Source: Caecitellus pseudoparvulus (lineage: Eukaryota > Protista > Bigyra: Bicosoecida). From it: DNA of 19,413 bases. The stretch is taken from the NCBI GenBank assembly GCA_965644315.1, contig CBFFRQ010000178.1, positions 1 through 19,413 of the forward strand, read 5' to 3'. The notes below the pieces were generated by a model, which saw nothing but the letters and a program-made list of their open reading frames with translations, searched no databases and had not been told where the DNA came from. Each line of letters begins with the position of its first letter. Within the stretch, counting starts at the first letter, position 1. The position numbers and the translations under genes were made by a program. This document shows, one piece after another, positions 18,101-19,413 of this stretch.

Positions 18101-18529
18101 CCGCTCACTCACCTTCCGACGCCGGGCCTGCCGCCACGCCAGGTAGTCGTACGCATTCTCCTCTGCCAGGCAGTGATACCGTCGCTGCAAACAGCTCAGA
18201 CATGAACATTTGCCCGCTTCTGCCGCCGGCACACACCTTTTGCCGTGGTACCCAGTCCCGTGCCCGTGCTTATCCTCACCTGCCCGACTCTCGCTCACCA
18301 GGCGTTCCAAGTCTCGAGGGCGGAAGGCCCGCTCACCGTACACAGCCGGGTCCAGGTGAGGCAGCAGCCCGGCCCTCTCTGTCGCCTCCATGTGCGCCAC
18401 CAGTGCCCCTGCCTTGGCCACACCCTTGCAGAAGGCGTACGGTTCCACGTACGCCGAGCACTCACGCAGGCCTGCCAAGGCATCACTGTACTGCGGCGGC
18501 AGTGCATCACTCCCACCCTCCACCGCCAT
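15113..18529 (-). CDS. Large protein with a degenerate JmjC-like domain, acidic Ser-rich linker and C-terminal C2H2 fingers (2 divergent plus 3 tandem)
   Basis: Open frame 19063-15113; ATG 18529 (MAVEGG) is a plausible start unless a 5' exon is spliced on. The fingers are unambiguous. JmjC resemblance: RPAAWSGCAFAWCCS vs KDM4-type PYLYFGMWKTTFAWHTE, and GDWLVWCCGDQTTAWLHG vs GEFMITFPYGYHAGFNHG (same spacing). Confidence 0.8.
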   Translation of the reverse strand: MAVEGGSDALPPQYSDALAGLRECSAYVEPYAFCKGVAKAGALVAHMEATERAGLLPHLDPAVYGERAFRPRDLERLVSESRAGEDKHGHGTGYHGKRCVPAAEAGKCSCLSCLQRRYHCLAEENAYDYLAWRQARRRKVSERLRRLRCVFWQGCRHGVCAQVYPYSEHGLYEDVMPQVSAQVEKEAWAAEREREAWGVKSVADSVMAAQAFMAIFGVVMSPAHVLELSGMQPGMCSMAERECAEGVCDASVPEDVRLRVVSWMTVEGRAGVAALGKAGGRVVHRPAAWSGCAFAWCCSVGGGAYELGSATAAGAGLDAGGGGGLPACMVSIMNWHLRIVQFHLRCVQADFDKHSAQQMRSAGVVHVLHESVSDEGVQEYMEALYPGEGVFRRSNVSSGISVVTTGHMVPWAAVSNHHVQVGDWLVWCCGDQTTAWLHGAEEVGVRGHFMHPATMNEEAWLLRVASGTGQRVSESCKRSLGLDLQELSGQWVPVVWPAGAGGVGKAAVPYPIPPLGCDCRCERGGGGTSSAVSVEAPFHVSVRDALQRGGSEVVGDDGASGGSMSVADACGWWLAWVKGMLEGVESVMEAYTRAVGEEGARLYRRTERREARKTLAVQYACTNGSVTEGLTDALDAGKQGSVGPVVYSAQRAALDLLREEGDSGDLGFMEARMPAELFGFGNSAPSSSGGLTVGPWSRLPSAGSGGSVPSLALSMSRLALFSPKTSAVQDHVKDHGVLHALQCRPGLPLRFSATHSWCTDLSLQGESSSSGAVHPLRHSILRNGSVAGERVPGSPAIEAHARLWRERQSVMERWCSGSWTEPGQQPSLAHGGTSSGGSSSTEEWEADAGERVDVGRVENSVSGSVQARSSFGDGSSDNGDDVEGGSVREPGMCTNVDESQDQECRGDDGGRSHSSGSEWDSDSSGSDSSYSTVSCEEASSDSRGDSGHGGDALGDVGTSMPRGEGDSEGVGEGEMAGAARADVGRGAGARVQGVPRCMLCDVVLGSWGAVEEHRRECHGGAGAGGRVVCIVCGKSFSGAAQLKRHVRTVHEGARDHHCPHCDKTFGQAGNLKVHIRTVHQGAKDHHCPHCGKTFGKAGHLKRHIRTVHEGVKDHHCPHCGKTFGRAGDLKRHIRTLHA

Positions 18530-18749
18530 CTTCACGAAGATCAACACCGTCGCACAGTGCAGCGCAGCATGTGGGGACAGAGCAGGGTGCGCCAGGCTTG
18601 CCAATACTCGCCGCTTCTGCGACGGGCGGGTGAGCAAGCGAGGAGAGGCGTGGCAAAGCTGCCGCCCGGTACGTGGCTGATGCGCCCACGCACGAGGATC
18701 CATGACCACGATATGCTTCCTGTCGCTAAGCACATCTGCAGCAGCCGCT

Positions 18750-19346
18750 TCACTCTCGGGTGCAGGATGGAGCTCCGGAAGCCCAGAAAAGACACATCCT
18801 GCGCAGCAACACACACGCCACCAGGGCGCAACTCGATCCATGACACCGACGATGGCACCCAGCACCGCCCACACCCACCTTCCACAGTGACACGTCCTCC
18901 CATCCCAAGCCCTGCGCACGCCCAGCACACGTCCTCCCTGTGGACTGCGGCCCCAACACACAAGCACCGCCGCCGTCGTCACACCACTCCGCCATGCCAC
19001 GCACCTTCGGCATGTCCGACACCGTCCGCGGACGCCACTGTGCAGACAGTGCTCGCGGCTCACCGTGCAGTGCCGCGAAGCCCGCGCGCTTCACGCCCTC
19101 CAACCGCTCCACCTGCGCCGCTGACTCTCCACACTCCTCGCCACCACGCCCAGCGCCCACGCACTGACCGTCGCCACCACACGCTGCGCCACACTTCCTC
19201 TTGCAGGGACTGGCCTGGCCTCCCACCAGCCTGCGCTTCGCGCCCCCCACGGCGCTCTCCCTGCCCGCTTGCGTTGCAGGCGCTGCAGCGTGCCTCAAAC
19301 TGCGCCGGCACGCCACGCCGGACTGACTCGTGCCCACGCAGCTCAT
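18750..19346 (-). CDS. Paralog of the N-terminus of the first zinc-finger gene; probable 5' exon of the JmjC-like/ZF gene
   Basis: MSCVGTSQSGVACRRSLRHAA... aligns with MSCVGTRQPGVACRRSLRHAA... (8361). It is in a different frame from the long ORF. A phase-1 donor G|GTGAGC at 19063 is compatible with in-frame acceptors at 18799 or 18736. Confidence 0.5.
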   Translation of the reverse strand: MSCVGTSQSGVACRRSLRHAAAPATQAGRESAVGGAKRRLVGGQASPCKRKCGAACGGDGQCVGAGRGGEECGESAAQVERLEGVKRAGFAALHGEPRALSAQWRPRTVSDMPKVRGMAEWCDDGGGACVLGPQSTGRTCAGRAQGLGWEDVSLWKVGVGGAGCHRRCHGSSCALVACVLLRRMCLFWASGAPSCTRE

Positions 19347-19413
19347 GATGACTGTGGGAGGAGGCAATGTGCATTGATGGGCGTGCAGTGTGATCAATGT
19401 GCGGTGTGTGCAG

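Larger units (their letters stand above)
14602..19413. repeat. Tandem segmental duplication, copy 2 (runs off the window end)
   Basis: See copy 1. Has 12 fewer 87-bp units and an extra ~2.8-kb internal block (~16040-18865). Confidence 0.9.

Overview
GC-rich, gene-dense eukaryotic (probably protist/algal) genomic DNA, dominated by mobile elements and a tandem duplication. From left to right: (1) a PIF/Harbinger-type DDE transposase (+, ~616-2349, probably really ending at 2444) converging on a spliced ~715-aa partner ORF (-, 4685-2465); (2) a spliced Myb/SANT + Ala/Gly-rich gene (+, 4992-6052) converging on a C2H2 zinc-finger gene (-, 8361-6079) whose 15 fingers form an 87-bp minisatellite varying almost only at helix positions -1, +3 and +6; (3) a complete Ngaro/PAT-type tyrosine-recombinase retrotransposon (8543-14366; A1-ORF1-RT/RNaseH-YR-B1-A2-B2) in which ORF1 and RT share a frame separated by a single UAG followed by a stem-loop; (4) a second copy of the Ala/Gly-rich + zinc-finger pair (14602-19413) with only 3 minisatellite fingers but an extra ~2.8 kb encoding what looks like a catalytically dead JmjC domain. 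The best candidate for an undescribed system is this PRDM9/KRAB-ZNF-like family of rapidly recoded zinc-finger arrays, with or without a pseudo-JmjC module, interleaved with transposons. All domain calls are by-eye motif recognition; no searches were run.
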